DNA of 38,649 bases from Candidatus Parcubacteria bacterium (GCA_041164045.1 JBEAQD010000021.1:1-38649); one strand, 5' to 3'. Counted from the first letter of the stretch, positions 1 to 7,717 are shown. Translations and numbers: made by a program. The notes: generated from the sequence alone by a model not told the origin.

Positions 1-657
1 GAACTTCTGACAGCGGGAGATACCGTTATCGATGGAGGTAATAGCTACTTCAAAGATTCTCAAGCCCAAGCTGAATTATTAGAATCTAAAGCTATTAATT
101 TTATTGATGTGGGAACTAGCGGAGGACTCAAAGGAGAGCAAATTGGGTTCTCACTGATGATAGGTGGCCAAAGAGAGTTGGTAAATTCATATAATTCATT
201 ATGGGAAGCTCTAGCAGCTCCTGAAGCTTATACTTATATTGGAGAGGCTGGTTCAGGACATTTTGTCAAAATGGTACATAATGGAGTAGAATATGGAATT
301 ATGCAAGCTATGGCTGAAGGTTTTGAATTAGTAAAAAGTGGACCATATCCTAATTTAGATTTACAACAAGTCTCCAAAGTTTGGAAAAATGGCTCTATAA
401 TTAGGTCTTTCTTGATGGACTTAGCCTATGAAGCTTTCCAAAAAGATGCCAACCTTGACTCTTTGTCTGATTATGTAGATGATAATGGTATGGGTAGATG
501 GACAGTAGATACAGCTATTGAGCATGCAATACCTGCCCCAGTTATTACGGATGCAGTATTTACTAGATTTCGCTCTAGACAAGATGAATCATTTGCTGGG
601 AAGACTTTAGCTGCCTTAAGAAATGAATTTGGTGGACATGAGGTCAAAAAGAAATAG
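1..657 (+). CDS. gnd: 6-phosphogluconate dehydrogenase (decarboxylating), short Gnd/YqeC-like form; 5' end lies outside the window
   Basis: Frame 1 is open from base 1 (ELLTAGDTVIDGGNSYFKDS...IDVGTSGGLKGE), so the ORF-track Met at 109 is internal. GGNS and VGTSGG motifs and the C-terminal region are typical of the 6PGDH family. TAG stop at 655-657. Confidence 0.8.
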   Translation, partial: ELLTAGDTVIDGGNSYFKDSQAQAELLESKAINFIDVGTSGGLKGEQIGFSLMIGGQRELVNSYNSLWEALAAPEAYTYIGEAGSGHFVKMVHNGVEYGIMQAMAEGFELVKSGPYPNLDLQQVSKVWKNGSIIRSFLMDLAYEAFQKDANLDSLSDYVDDNGMGRWTVDTAIEHAIPAPVITDAVFTRFRSRQDESFAGKTLAALRNEFGGHEVKKK

Positions 658-660
658 TCT

Positions 661-1206
661 TTAATTGAGACTATATTCTTTGATTAATTGATTATACTTT
701 TGATTTTGCTCGGCAATATCTTTGAGCTGACCATCACTAATGGGAAAGTCAAAACAATCTGGAGTATATTCTTTTTTATCTTTACAGTTATCTTTGACAT
801 CTGTATAAAAAGCTGTTTCTGTATCTGATTGTTCCATACTTTCTATATCTACTGATAATATCTGAATAGATTTAGCAAAAACCTCTGAAGTAACTTTTAT
901 ATATTGCTCATTATCCTCTCTTTTACTTAATTTATATTCTGCCTGATTACAGGAATTTTCCCCAATACATTCTCTGAGAACTAATTCTTTTTCTCCAATA
1001 GATAAGACACATTTTACATCCTGCAAATCTGTTTTACCACAACCCTCACCTATCAATTTAGCTTTAGTTAAACCTGTACGAGAGCTAAAAATAGCAAAAA
1101 CAGCAGTCACTATCACTACTACTAACACAGCAATAATATTGCGGAATGTTCTCTGATTACTTAAATTTTTAATAGTTGATGGAGGCAAGTCTATTCTATC
1201 GGACAT
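661..1206 (-). CDS. Hypothetical membrane-anchored Cys-rich protein
   Basis: 181-aa ORF with one N-terminal hydrophobic helix (IIAVLVVVIVTAVFAIF) and several Cys in the predicted external part. It overlaps the upstream glutaredoxin-like gene by 16 nt, suggesting co-transcription. Confidence 0.5.
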   Translation of the reverse strand: MSDRIDLPPSTIKNLSNQRTFRNIIAVLVVVIVTAVFAIFSSRTGLTKAKLIGEGCGKTDLQDVKCVLSIGEKELVLRECIGENSCNQAEYKLSKREDNEQYIKVTSEVFAKSIQILSVDIESMEQSDTETAFYTDVKDNCKDKKEYTPDCFDFPISDGQLKDIAEQNQKYNQLIKEYSLN

Positions 1207-1478
1207 ACTTTTGGAGTATTATCTTGTGGCATTGATTCTGTTTTAGAGTAATTAGCATATAAATATTCTACAATTGCATCTGATTCATATAACATCACAC
1301 CCTTTTCTTGGTCCACTAAAAATGGAACTTGGGCTTTGCCTCCTAATTTTAGCATAATTTCTCTCTGAGCTGAGCCAGTTTTAGAAATACGACAAATAAA
1401 ATCTAATTCTAATTCATTCAAAGCCACTCTAACCTTGTGGCAAAAAGGACATTCTTCTCTTTGATATAATTCTAACAT
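1191..1478 (-). CDS. Glutaredoxin-family / GST N-terminal-like thioredoxin-fold protein
   Basis: 95 aa with a CPFC active-site motif near the N-terminus, followed by VPFL and the YESDAIVEYL pattern typical of glutaredoxin-like proteins. Confidence 0.7.
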   Translation of the reverse strand: MLELYQREECPFCHKVRVALNELELDFICRISKTGSAQREIMLKLGGKAQVPFLVDQEKGVMLYESDAIVEYLYANYSKTESMPQDNTPKVCPIE

Positions 1479-1540
1479 ATATTTTAACCTAATTTGATAA
1501 TACTTATATTATATCATAAAAAATATTATCTTGATAAATA

Positions 1541-1570
1541 GAAAAAGAGACCTGCATAAGCACAGGCCTC
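1541..1570 (-). terminator. Rho-independent terminator downstream of 1588..1980
   Basis: On the minus strand, GAGGCCUG-loop-CAGGUCUC followed by UUUUUC. The single non-Watson-Crick pair is a G-U only in the minus orientation. Confidence 0.55.
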
Positions 1571-1587
1571 TGGGGATTGGGAAATAT

Positions 1588-1980
1588 CTATTTCCCAAAA
1601 ATCTTGATATGAGGGCGAGGTTTATTTCTTCCCTTATATTTATTTTTCCTTCTTAGCTTTGCCCCCTTCGAGACTTCTTCAGGCTTAGGCTGATCTATCT
1701 CCTGAACTAGAGTTCCTGTTGCCATACCATCTTCAACTACATTAGCATTGGAGGGATTGACAAGATTTTCGTAAGCAAGAAGTTCTTGTTTTATAACTAT
1801 CATCCATTGCTCAATATCTATAGGTACTTCTGAGATATTAATTTTTTTTAAAATTGAAAAAGGAACTATATGTCCTGCACAAGTCGTACTACATCGATAT
1901 ATTGTCCAATATGATGGTCGTACAGCTTTATTGGTTTGCCCTGACCAAACAGGTCGTTCTAAAGGAATAAGACTAGTCAT
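1588..1980 (-). CDS. Hypothetical protein with a strongly basic C-terminal tail
   Basis: 130-aa ORF with a TTGACA-17-TATATA promoter upstream (2005-2033) and a terminator downstream. No family recognised. Confidence 0.45.
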   Translation of the reverse strand: MTSLIPLERPVWSGQTNKAVRPSYWTIYRCSTTCAGHIVPFSILKKINISEVPIDIEQWMIVIKQELLAYENLVNPSNANVVEDGMATGTLVQEIDQPKPEEVSKGAKLRRKNKYKGRNKPRPHIKIFGK

Positions 1981-2004
1981 TTGCTTTAAGCAGATTCAAT
2001 AATT

Positions 2005-2033
2005 TATATAACACATTCCCAAACATTTGTCAA
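2005..2033 (-). promoter_or_regulatory. Sigma70-type promoter for 1588..1980
   Basis: Minus strand reads TTGACA (2033-2028), 17-nt spacer, TATATA (2010-2005). Confidence 0.55.
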
Positions 2034-2061
2034 TATTTAACTACAAAATATAATTTATAAA

Positions 2062-2090
2062 TAAAAAAGCCCCCCTCTATGAGCGGGGAC
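2062..2090 (-). terminator. Rho-independent terminator downstream of crtE
   Basis: Minus strand has a CCCC...GGGG(GG) hairpin followed by CUUUUUUAUUUAU. Confidence 0.5.
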
Positions 2091-2103
2091 TGAGATAGTT
2101 GAG

Positions 2104-3027
2104 TCAGGTTTTGTCCCGACTCGTTATGTAATCAGCCAAAGCCAATAGTGGTTTTGCTCTTTCATCCCAAGGAGCTAATGCCTCCTTAGCCTCTAGTATC
2201 AACGCCTTGGCCCGCTCTCGAGACCCATCAAGCCCAAATAACTCGGGATATGTTGTCTTATCAGCAGTCAAATCCTTGCCGGCGGTTTTGACAAATATAT
2301 CGCTAATGGCATTAAAATCTAGAATATCGTCAGTAATTTGGAAAGCTAGACAAATACAACTAGCATATACTCTTAGAGCCTCCAACATATCGTTGTTTGC
2401 CCCTCCAATAATGGCTCCACTGACCACACTAGCCTGTAACAGTGCTCCAGTCTTATGAAGGTGGATGTACTCAAGTATGTCAATATCTAACTCCTTGCCT
2501 GCACATTCCAAATCTACCACTTGACCTCCCATTAGCCCTCTAGCCCCCGAGGCAAGAGAAAGCTCACCAACTACAGCCAGCAACCGCTCGGCTGGAATGC
2601 CGGGACTGCGATGTGACACCATCTCAAAAGCTCTGGCGAACAAAGTATTGCCGGCTAGAATTGCATTAGCCTCACCATATACCTTATGGTGAGTGGGTCG
2701 GCCACGACGCAAGTCAGAATTATCTATTGGGGGTAGGTCGTCGTGTATCAGCGACATGGTATGAATCATCTCAATTGCCACAGCCGTGGGCATAGCCAGA
2801 ATAGGATTCCCTCCAGCTAGCTCGCAAGCCGCCAAGCAAAGAATCGGCCGAAGTCTCTTAGCACCAGCCAATAGTGAATACCTCATCGCTTCCCTGAGTT
2901 TTTCGGGAAACTCGGGTTCTGTACCTAGCGAGGTGTCAAGGTCTGCCTCCACTTGCAATCGAGTTGTTTCCAGATAAGTGGCGAGATTAAAGTCTGAATT
3001 TTGTTGAGACAGTCTTTTCTGAGCCAT
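2104..3027 (-). CDS. crtE: Geranylgeranyl diphosphate synthase (type II trans-polyprenyl synthetase, CrtE-like)
   Basis: 307 aa. Motifs present: GKRLRP-type (AKRLRPIL), first Asp-rich (LIHDDLPPIDNSDLRRGRPT), GQVVD, KTGAL, second Asp-rich (FQITDDILD), KTAGKD. From memory, end-to-end colinear with cyanobacterial CrtE. Visibly higher G+C than flanking DNA. Confidence 0.85.
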   Translation of the reverse strand: MAQKRLSQQNSDFNLATYLETTRLQVEADLDTSLGTEPEFPEKLREAMRYSLLAGAKRLRPILCLAACELAGGNPILAMPTAVAIEMIHTMSLIHDDLPPIDNSDLRRGRPTHHKVYGEANAILAGNTLFARAFEMVSHRSPGIPAERLLAVVGELSLASGARGLMGGQVVDLECAGKELDIDILEYIHLHKTGALLQASVVSGAIIGGANNDMLEALRVYASCICLAFQITDDILDFNAISDIFVKTAGKDLTADKTTYPELFGLDGSRERAKALILEAKEALAPWDERAKPLLALADYITSRDKT

Positions 3028-3096
3028 CGTAAAGAACTCCCTCTCGCCTAAACGAGAATAGATTGACCCTTACACTTATATCACACTATCCCCTGT

Positions 3097-3325
3097 TTGT
3101 CTACGATGCATCTCATCTTTTTCAGTTTTAAGGTTGAAATTTCTTCTATCTTCCTTAGGAGGGAGTTCCCGAAGGAGGAAGGTGGATAGAATATAATTTT
3201 TAGATCAGTCCACGACCGGCACTTCGTGCCACCCTCGCCGGAGAGGGATAAAAATGTATCCCACCCCGTCCAGCAGAGCTGTACACTCCTCAAGAGGGGA
3301 ATTAGCTCATTACACCACCCACTTC
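3097..3325. repeat. GC-rich mosaic hairpin repeat locus R1
   Basis: Contains the modules GTGGATAGAAT...TCCAC, GGCACTTCGTGCC, CCCTCGCCGGAGAGGG and GGGGAATTAGCTCA, shared with loci at 5795, 9588 and 31521. Its left end is the 23-bp motif TTGTCTACGATGCATCTCATCTT. Confidence 0.75.
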
Positions 3326-3389
3326 TCATTGAATAAAATCAATAAATTTGATATAATTAATTCAATATATAGCTTAATATAACTAAACT

Positions 3390-5759
3390 ATGCCTCTTGA
3401 ATCCAAATATGAAATCACGGAACGCGAAGCTCATTGGCGAGAATTCTGGGCTAAACAAAATATCTATGCCTTTGATGAAACATCAGACAAACCAATTTTC
3501 TCTGTAGACACTCCCCCGCCTTATGTCTCGGCAGACCACTTACATCCTGGCCATATTATGAGTTATTCTCAAGCTGAATTTGTAGTTAGGTTCAAGCGAA
3601 TGCAAGGCTATAATGTCTTTTATCCCATGGGTTTTGATGATAATGGACTCCCAACTGAGAGACATGTAGAGAAAAAATATAAAATCAAAAATAAAGACTC
3701 TATCAGCAGATCTGAATTTGTAAAATTATGTCTGGAAGAAACTCAAAAAGGCATTCAAACCTATCGTAATCTCTGGTCATTATTGGGAATTTCTGTAGAC
3801 TGGTCAAAGACTTATTCTTCAATCAATACTCACTCTCAGAAAATCTCCCAATGGTCATTTTTAGATTTATATAGGAAGGGTCTTCTCACACAGAGAGAAG
3901 ACCCTATTATGTGGGATATTAGCTTCCAGTCAGCTCTAGCCCAGACCGATTTGGAAGACTCCGAGCAAGACTCCCACTTGAATGACATTGTTTTTACCTC
4001 TCAGGAATCAGGAGAGCAACTCATTATTGCCACCACTAGACCGGAACTTTTACCAGCAGCGGTAGCTTTATTCTTCCACCCTGAAGATAGTCGTTATCAG
4101 CATCTAATAGGAACGAAGGCTATTACTCCAATTTCTGGACATACTGTGCCCATACTCACTGATGAGACAGTAGACAAAGACTTTGGAACTGGCTTGATGA
4201 TGGTTTGTACTTGGGGAGATAGCGAGGATATTGCTAAATGGAAAAAATATAATCTAGAGACTAGGTTGATTTTTAATCAAAAAGGGATTTTGAATGAATT
4301 AGCTGGTAATTATGCTGGTGGACATATTATCAAATTAAGACAATTAATTTTAGAAGATCTAAAAAAGCAGAATTTACTCGTCAAACAAACTCCTATCACC
4401 CATACCGTCCAAGTATCCGAGAGGTCAGGAACTCCGATAGAATTTATCTTGACTAAACAATGGTTTATCAATGTAGTAGAGCATAAAGAAGAATTATTAG
4501 AACAAGGTAAAAAATTACATTGGTATCCTAAGAGAATGTTCTCTATATATGCTGACTGGGTAAGTTCACTCAAATGGGATTGGTGTATTTCTAGACAAAG
4601 ATATTATGGAGTCCCAATTCCAGTCTGGTATCACAAACAAACTGGAGAGATTATAATACCTCAAGAGGACGAATTACCAGTAGACCCAACTGAATATACT
4701 CCTCGCGGGTATAAGGCCGAAGATTTAATACCTGAACAAGATGTATTAGATACTTGGATGACATCATCTATGTCGCCTGAAATTGGAGCGGGTCTAGTAT
4801 CCAACCCTGAGCTTACTGCTAAACTATTCCCATCCAGCCTAAGACCCCAAGCCTTTGAGATTATCCGAACATGGCTATTTTATACAGTCACTAAAGCCTA
4901 TTTTCATCATAATACTCTACCCTTTAGTGATGTGATGATATCTGGACACGGCCTAGATAATCAAGGGCGAAAAATTAGCAAGAGACTTGGAAACTTCACC
5001 CCACCGGAGCAAACTATTGCTAATTACGGAGCTGATGCTATGAGATATTGGGCTACGGGGACAACTTTAGGAGAGAATATTCGCTTCAATGAAGAGGAAA
5101 TCAAAAAAGGTAAGAAAACCGTCAATAAACTATTCAATGCCGGTAAATTCGCTGAAATGCATCTCCAAAACTTCACTTTACCAGATCAAGCTCCAGAATT
5201 AGAGCTAATTGACAAATGGATACTAGCTGAGCTTAATCAAACCATCACTCTTGCTACTGAGAGCTTCGAGCAATATGAATATTACAAAGCCCGAACCGCC
5301 ATAGACCAATTATTCTGGAATAAATTCACTGATTATTATCTCGAGCTGATCAAATATAGATTATATGATGAGACTCCTGAAGGTCAAAACTCCCGTCTAG
5401 CAGCACAATATACTCTGTATGTATATATTAAGAGTTTACTTAAATTATATGCCCCAATTCTGCCATTTATCACCGAAGAGCTGTATCAAGGGCTATTTTT
5501 AGAAAATAATACTCAGAATACCAGCATACATACTTCCAATTGGCCACAAAGCAATACAGCTTGGCAATTATCTGAAGAAGAGAATAATTTAATGACAGAT
5601 ATACTCGCCGTAGTAGAAGCCGTCCGAGCTTATAAATCACAGAATAGCATTTCACTGGGTAAAGAAATTGAAAGTTTTACATACACCTCCACTCAAGATT
5701 TAAGCCCTTATGAAAATTTCCTAGCCAAAGCCCTCAGGGTCGGTAAATTGATGAAGTAG
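3390..5759 (+). CDS. valS: Valine--tRNA ligase, archaeal/compact type
   Basis: 789 aa class I aaRS. HIGH-type motif (HLHPGH), KMSKS-type motif (KISKRLGN), TPPPYVS and GFDDNGLPTE blocks characteristic of the archaeal-like ValRS group. Confidence 0.8.
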   Translation: MPLESKYEITEREAHWREFWAKQNIYAFDETSDKPIFSVDTPPPYVSADHLHPGHIMSYSQAEFVVRFKRMQGYNVFYPMGFDDNGLPTERHVEKKYKIKNKDSISRSEFVKLCLEETQKGIQTYRNLWSLLGISVDWSKTYSSINTHSQKISQWSFLDLYRKGLLTQREDPIMWDISFQSALAQTDLEDSEQDSHLNDIVFTSQESGEQLIIATTRPELLPAAVALFFHPEDSRYQHLIGTKAITPISGHTVPILTDETVDKDFGTGLMMVCTWGDSEDIAKWKKYNLETRLIFNQKGILNELAGNYAGGHIIKLRQLILEDLKKQNLLVKQTPITHTVQVSERSGTPIEFILTKQWFINVVEHKEELLEQGKKLHWYPKRMFSIYADWVSSLKWDWCISRQRYYGVPIPVWYHKQTGEIIIPQEDELPVDPTEYTPRGYKAEDLIPEQDVLDTWMTSSMSPEIGAGLVSNPELTAKLFPSSLRPQAFEIIRTWLFYTVTKAYFHHNTLPFSDVMISGHGLDNQGRKISKRLGNFTPPEQTIANYGADAMRYWATGTTLGENIRFNEEEIKKGKKTVNKLFNAGKFAEMHLQNFTLPDQAPELELIDKWILAELNQTITLATESFEQYEYYKARTAIDQLFWNKFTDYYLELIKYRLYDETPEGQNSRLAAQYTLYVYIKSLLKLYAPILPFITEELYQGLFLENNTQNTSIHTSNWPQSNTAWQLSEEENNLMTDILAVVEAVRAYKSQNSISLGKEIESFTYTSTQDLSPYENFLAKALRVGKLMK

Positions 5760-5794
5760 GAATATAAAATTTGTAGTGGAGAGTTTTGTATTAT

Positions 5795-5945
5795 TATCCC
5801 TCTTTGGAGAGGGGTAACCGCTTGCTGTGGGTGTGGATAGAATGAAATCTTTAGCTCAATCCACCTCCGGCCACTCCCGTATAAATACGGCAGTGACCAC
5901 CTCCTCCAAAGGAGGATAGTTTATATAACTTTTCCCTACGATTTA
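5795..5945. repeat. GC-rich mosaic hairpin repeat locus R2
   Basis: The 49-nt block at 5795-5843 matches 9722-9770 with 2 mismatches. It is followed by GTGGAT..ATCCAC, CACCTCCTCCAAAGGAGGA and a CCCTACGAT end motif shared with 10097-10108. Confidence 0.8.
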
Positions 5946-5951
5946 ACAACC

Positions 5952-5980
5952 GAAAAAGGCACTGACAAACGATCAGTGCC
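5952..5980 (-). terminator. Rho-independent terminator downstream of the tRNA-like pair
   Basis: Minus strand GGCACUGA-loop-UCAGUGCC followed by UUUUUCG. A second hairpin, GAGGGAUUUGUCCCUC at about 5997-6012, precedes it. Confidence 0.6.
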
Positions 5981-6017
5981 AAAAAAAATGAATTATAGAG
6001 GGACAAATCCCTCATAA

Positions 6018-6086
6018 TCGGAGCGGCAGGATTTGAACCTACACCCCCTGCATTGCAGGTGCACTACCGAGCTATGCTACGCCCCG
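6018..6086 (-). tRNA. tRNA-like gene, tRNA-Ala-like body with a truncated anticodon loop (no assignable anticodon)
   Basis: Minus strand: CGGGGCG UA GCAU AGCUCGGUA GUGC A CCUGC AAU GCAGG GGGU GUAGG UUCAAAU CCUGC CGCUCCG A. The acceptor, D and T arms fold normally. The CCUGC/GCAGG anticodon stem closes only 3 nt. Confidence 0.55.
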
Positions 6087-6092
6087 ATGGAA

Positions 6093-6164
6093 CGCGGAGG
6101 GGTGGAATCGAACCCCCAACAATTGGGTTGTAGTTGCCCAACTGTCCTACCAGAGGACCCCCGC
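6093..6164 (-). tRNA. tRNA-like gene with a 9-nt anticodon loop, elongated anticodon stem and miniature D arm
   Basis: Minus strand: GCGGGGG / UCCU CUGGU AGGA / (CAG)UUGGG CAACUACAA CCCAA(UUG) / UU / GGGGG UUCGAUU CCACC / CCUCCGC G. Acceptor stem has one G-U. The T loop is canonical but the T stem has a G-A mismatch. No standard 7-nt anticodon loop can be drawn. Confidence 0.5.
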
Positions 6165-6178
6165 ATGAACCGCATATA

Positions 6179-6206
6179 ATTATACTTATATTTATAAATT
6201 TGTCAA
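6179..6206 (-). promoter_or_regulatory. Consensus sigma70 promoter driving the tRNA-like pair
   Basis: Minus strand TTGACA (6206-6201), 16-nt spacer, TATAAT (6184-6179). The first tRNA-like gene begins about 14 nt downstream. Confidence 0.65.
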
Positions 6207-6227
6207 GAGCTGAAGTGAGAATAAATA

Positions 6228-6256
6228 AAAAAATCCCCCGTCAAGCGACAGGGGGG
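6228..6256 (-). terminator. Rho-independent terminator of small-protein cassette A
   Basis: Minus strand CCCCCUGUC GCUU GACGGGGG followed by AUUUUUUUAUUU. Confidence 0.6.
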
Positions 6257-6273
6257 TAGGTAAAGTGGTTGGT

Positions 6274-6546
6274 TTAGTCTGGAGTAGGCCTACCAACCAA
6301 ATAAACAATATTGTTGGGATGTTGGGAGCGATGTTGAGAATATAAATTATCCAAAAAGAATTGCCAAGCAGCTTGGAATATAGGGTTTCTCTGAATAAAT
6401 TTTATATCTATACCTGATTCTAAACCTCTTTGTAGAGTTAAATGAATTAGATCACCCAAAACTTGATAATGATATCTATTATTAGGATACCTAATACAAT
6501 ATTGATATGCTAATTCTAACTGAGAAAAATCAGCTAACCTTTTCAT
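6274..6546 (-). CDS. Small hypothetical protein, paralog A (about 90 aa, C-terminal RPTP motif)
   Basis: Start taken at the ATG 6 nt after a GAGG Shine-Dalgarno. An in-frame GVG-position start (GTG at 6570) is an alternative. The ORF-track start at 6603 lies upstream of the predicted -10. Promoter, leader, N-terminus and C-terminus (LVGRPTPD) parallel 7414..7689. Confidence 0.5.
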   Translation of the reverse strand: MKRLADFSQLELAYQYCIRYPNNRYHYQVLGDLIHLTLQRGLESGIDIKFIQRNPIFQAAWQFFLDNLYSQHRSQHPNNIVYLVGRPTPD

Positions 6547-6574
6547 CCCAAACCTCGATGCAAAGGACACTATT

Positions 6575-6603
6575 TTTATAAGATATAATATTTTAATCTG
6601 CAA
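6575..6603 (-). promoter_or_regulatory. Promoter of cassette A
   Basis: Minus strand TTGCAG-17-TATAAA, followed by the conserved leader AATAGTGTCCTTTGCATCGAGGTTTGGGATG. Homologous to 7718-7746. Confidence 0.55.
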
Positions 6604-6628
6604 GAATATTTATTACATAAACTAATAT

Positions 6629-6657
6629 TTGACATGATTTATGTGATATCTTATAAT
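6629..6657 (+). promoter_or_regulatory. Perfect consensus sigma70 promoter for 6669..6965
   Basis: TTGACA (6629-6634), 17-nt spacer, TATAAT (6652-6657). The ATG lies only about 12 nt downstream, so the leader is very short. Confidence 0.65.
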
Positions 6658-6668
6658 AGCCATCGTCT

Positions 6669-6965
6669 ATGATGTCTTTCACTAAAATGAAACTCTGTGC
6701 TGAATGTGCTTTTCAACAGCTCATTCAAATCATAGCTAACAACTTTGAGGCTAGAAAATCTCAGAGTCTACCACCAATAACAATTGGTAGACTAAAAAAT
6801 AAATTTAATGATAACGATGGCAAAACACATTTGGAAATATTAACCAGAATGTTTACTCCATATACAGATGATAGCTATATAATTGTAGACAGGGGTGGGT
6901 ATATAGCAGTTGTACCACCTGGCGGAATATTAGCATCAAGAATAAGAATTACACATTATTTATAA
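6669..6965 (+). CDS. Hypothetical small protein (98 aa)
   Basis: ORF sits between a consensus promoter and a bidirectional terminator. No family recognised. Confidence 0.5.
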   Translation: MMSFTKMKLCAECAFQQLIQIIANNFEARKSQSLPPITIGRLKNKFNDNDGKTHLEILTRMFTPYTDDSYIIVDRGGYIAVVPPGGILASRIRITHYL

Positions 6966-6994
6966 GGCTAACTCATAACTATTGTTAGAAAACG

Positions 6995-7018
6995 CCCTCC
7001 AGAAATATCCCTGGAGGG
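6995..7018. terminator. Bidirectional terminator between convergent small ORFs
   Basis: CCCTCCAG-loop-CTGGAGGG perfect 8-bp stem, with T-rich sequence following it on both strands. Confidence 0.6.
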
Positions 7019-7019
7019 T

Positions 7020-7310
7020 TTATGTGCTTTTAGATTTAACTAGAGTAAAACCTAAATTTATAATAATTTGATTCTCTGCATCTGTGAGATATAATTTGTA
7101 TCCACATTGACCATATCTTCTATGATGTCTTTCTATTGTATGTTTTTGAGATCGTAGTAATTGATACATTTTTTGGAGCTCAGATCTATCTTTAATATCT
7201 TTATTGTTTCTTAGCATCTTATCCAATAAATCTATTATCTGCAGTAATTTCCAATTAATGTGGCTTCTCAGCTTTGGAGTTTGATTAGAAGTCATGAGTA
7301 ATATTAACAA
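7020..7310 (-). CDS. Hypothetical small basic protein (96 aa; alternative start at 7295, MTSNQ)
   Basis: ORF ending at the bidirectional terminator. No family recognised. Confidence 0.45.
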   Translation of the reverse strand: MLILLMTSNQTPKLRSHINWKLLQIIDLLDKMLRNNKDIKDRSELQKMYQLLRSQKHTIERHHRRYGQCGYKLYLTDAENQIIINLGFTLVKSKST

Positions 7311-7357
7311 AGATCAATATAATCTAATCATAAATTTACATTACTTGCAAATATAAA

Positions 7358-7391
7358 TAAAAAACCTCCCAAACCTTGAACGGTCGGGAGG
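7358..7391 (-). terminator. Rho-independent terminator of small-protein cassette B
   Basis: Minus strand CCUCCC...GGGAGG stem followed by UUUUUUAUUUAU. Confidence 0.6.
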
Positions 7392-7413
7392 AGTTTGAAG
7401 ATGTGAAGAAGTG

Positions 7414-7689
7414 TTAGGAAGGAGTAGGCCTAGATACGAGGAAATTGCTTTTTCTTGTATCTTGAGCTGTTGGGGTAGTCTTAGCAAGAATTTCACATGC
7501 TTGTCCGAGTACGGGGTACTGATCGAACAGGGTGGACAGTACTTGAACATTTTGCTCTCCCATTGTACTCACATACCGAAAAACATTGATGACTTGATCA
7601 TAAAGGGTTTTACCGTCATCAACTGAGTGAGATAGAATGTACTTATCGTAAGCACAAGAAACTTTAGAAACTAGAGAATTGAAATTCAT
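7414..7689 (-). CDS. Small hypothetical protein, paralog B (about 91 aa, C-terminal RPTP motif)
   Basis: Start at the ATG 6 nt after GAGG. The alternative in-frame ATG at 7713 sits only 4 nt after the -10. Ends LVSRPTPS. Shares promoter and leader architecture with 6274..6546. Confidence 0.5.
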   Translation of the reverse strand: MNFNSLVSKVSCAYDKYILSHSVDDGKTLYDQVINVFRYVSTMGEQNVQVLSTLFDQYPVLGQACEILAKTTPTAQDTRKSNFLVSRPTPS

Positions 7690-7717
7690 CCCAAACCTCA
7701 ACTTGAAGGACATTATT

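Noticed and set aside
2207-2977. Plus-strand ORFs at 2207-2458 and 2786-2977.
   Set aside because: They are antisense shadows inside the well-supported, GC-richer crtE gene.
3081-3329. An 82-aa ORF on the minus strand between crtE and valS.
   Set aside because: It lies entirely within mosaic repeat locus R1. Its composition is driven by the GC hairpins, and it has no RBS or promoter logic.
4310-5655. Minus-strand ORFs at 4310-4573 and 5470-5655.
   Set aside because: They are antisense to valS, with no independent signals.
6093-6164. The 9-nt loop CAACUACAA of the upstream tRNA-like gene has CUA at its centre. This suggested an amber (UAG) suppressor or a pyrrolysine-like tRNA, given the small D loop, long anticodon stem and short variable region.
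   Set aside because: TAG terminates several well-supported genes here at their expected C-termini (gnd 655-657, valS 5757-5759, the glutaredoxin-like gene 1191-1193, and 1588-1590). The loop lacks U33 and a purine at position 37 around CUA. No pylS or pylBCD-like genes are visible.
7341-7626. ORFs at 7341-7550 (minus) and 7411-7626 (plus).
   Set aside because: They overlap paralog B (7414-7689) and its terminator. The cassette logic (promoter, SD, terminator, paralogy) supports only the 7414-7689 frame.
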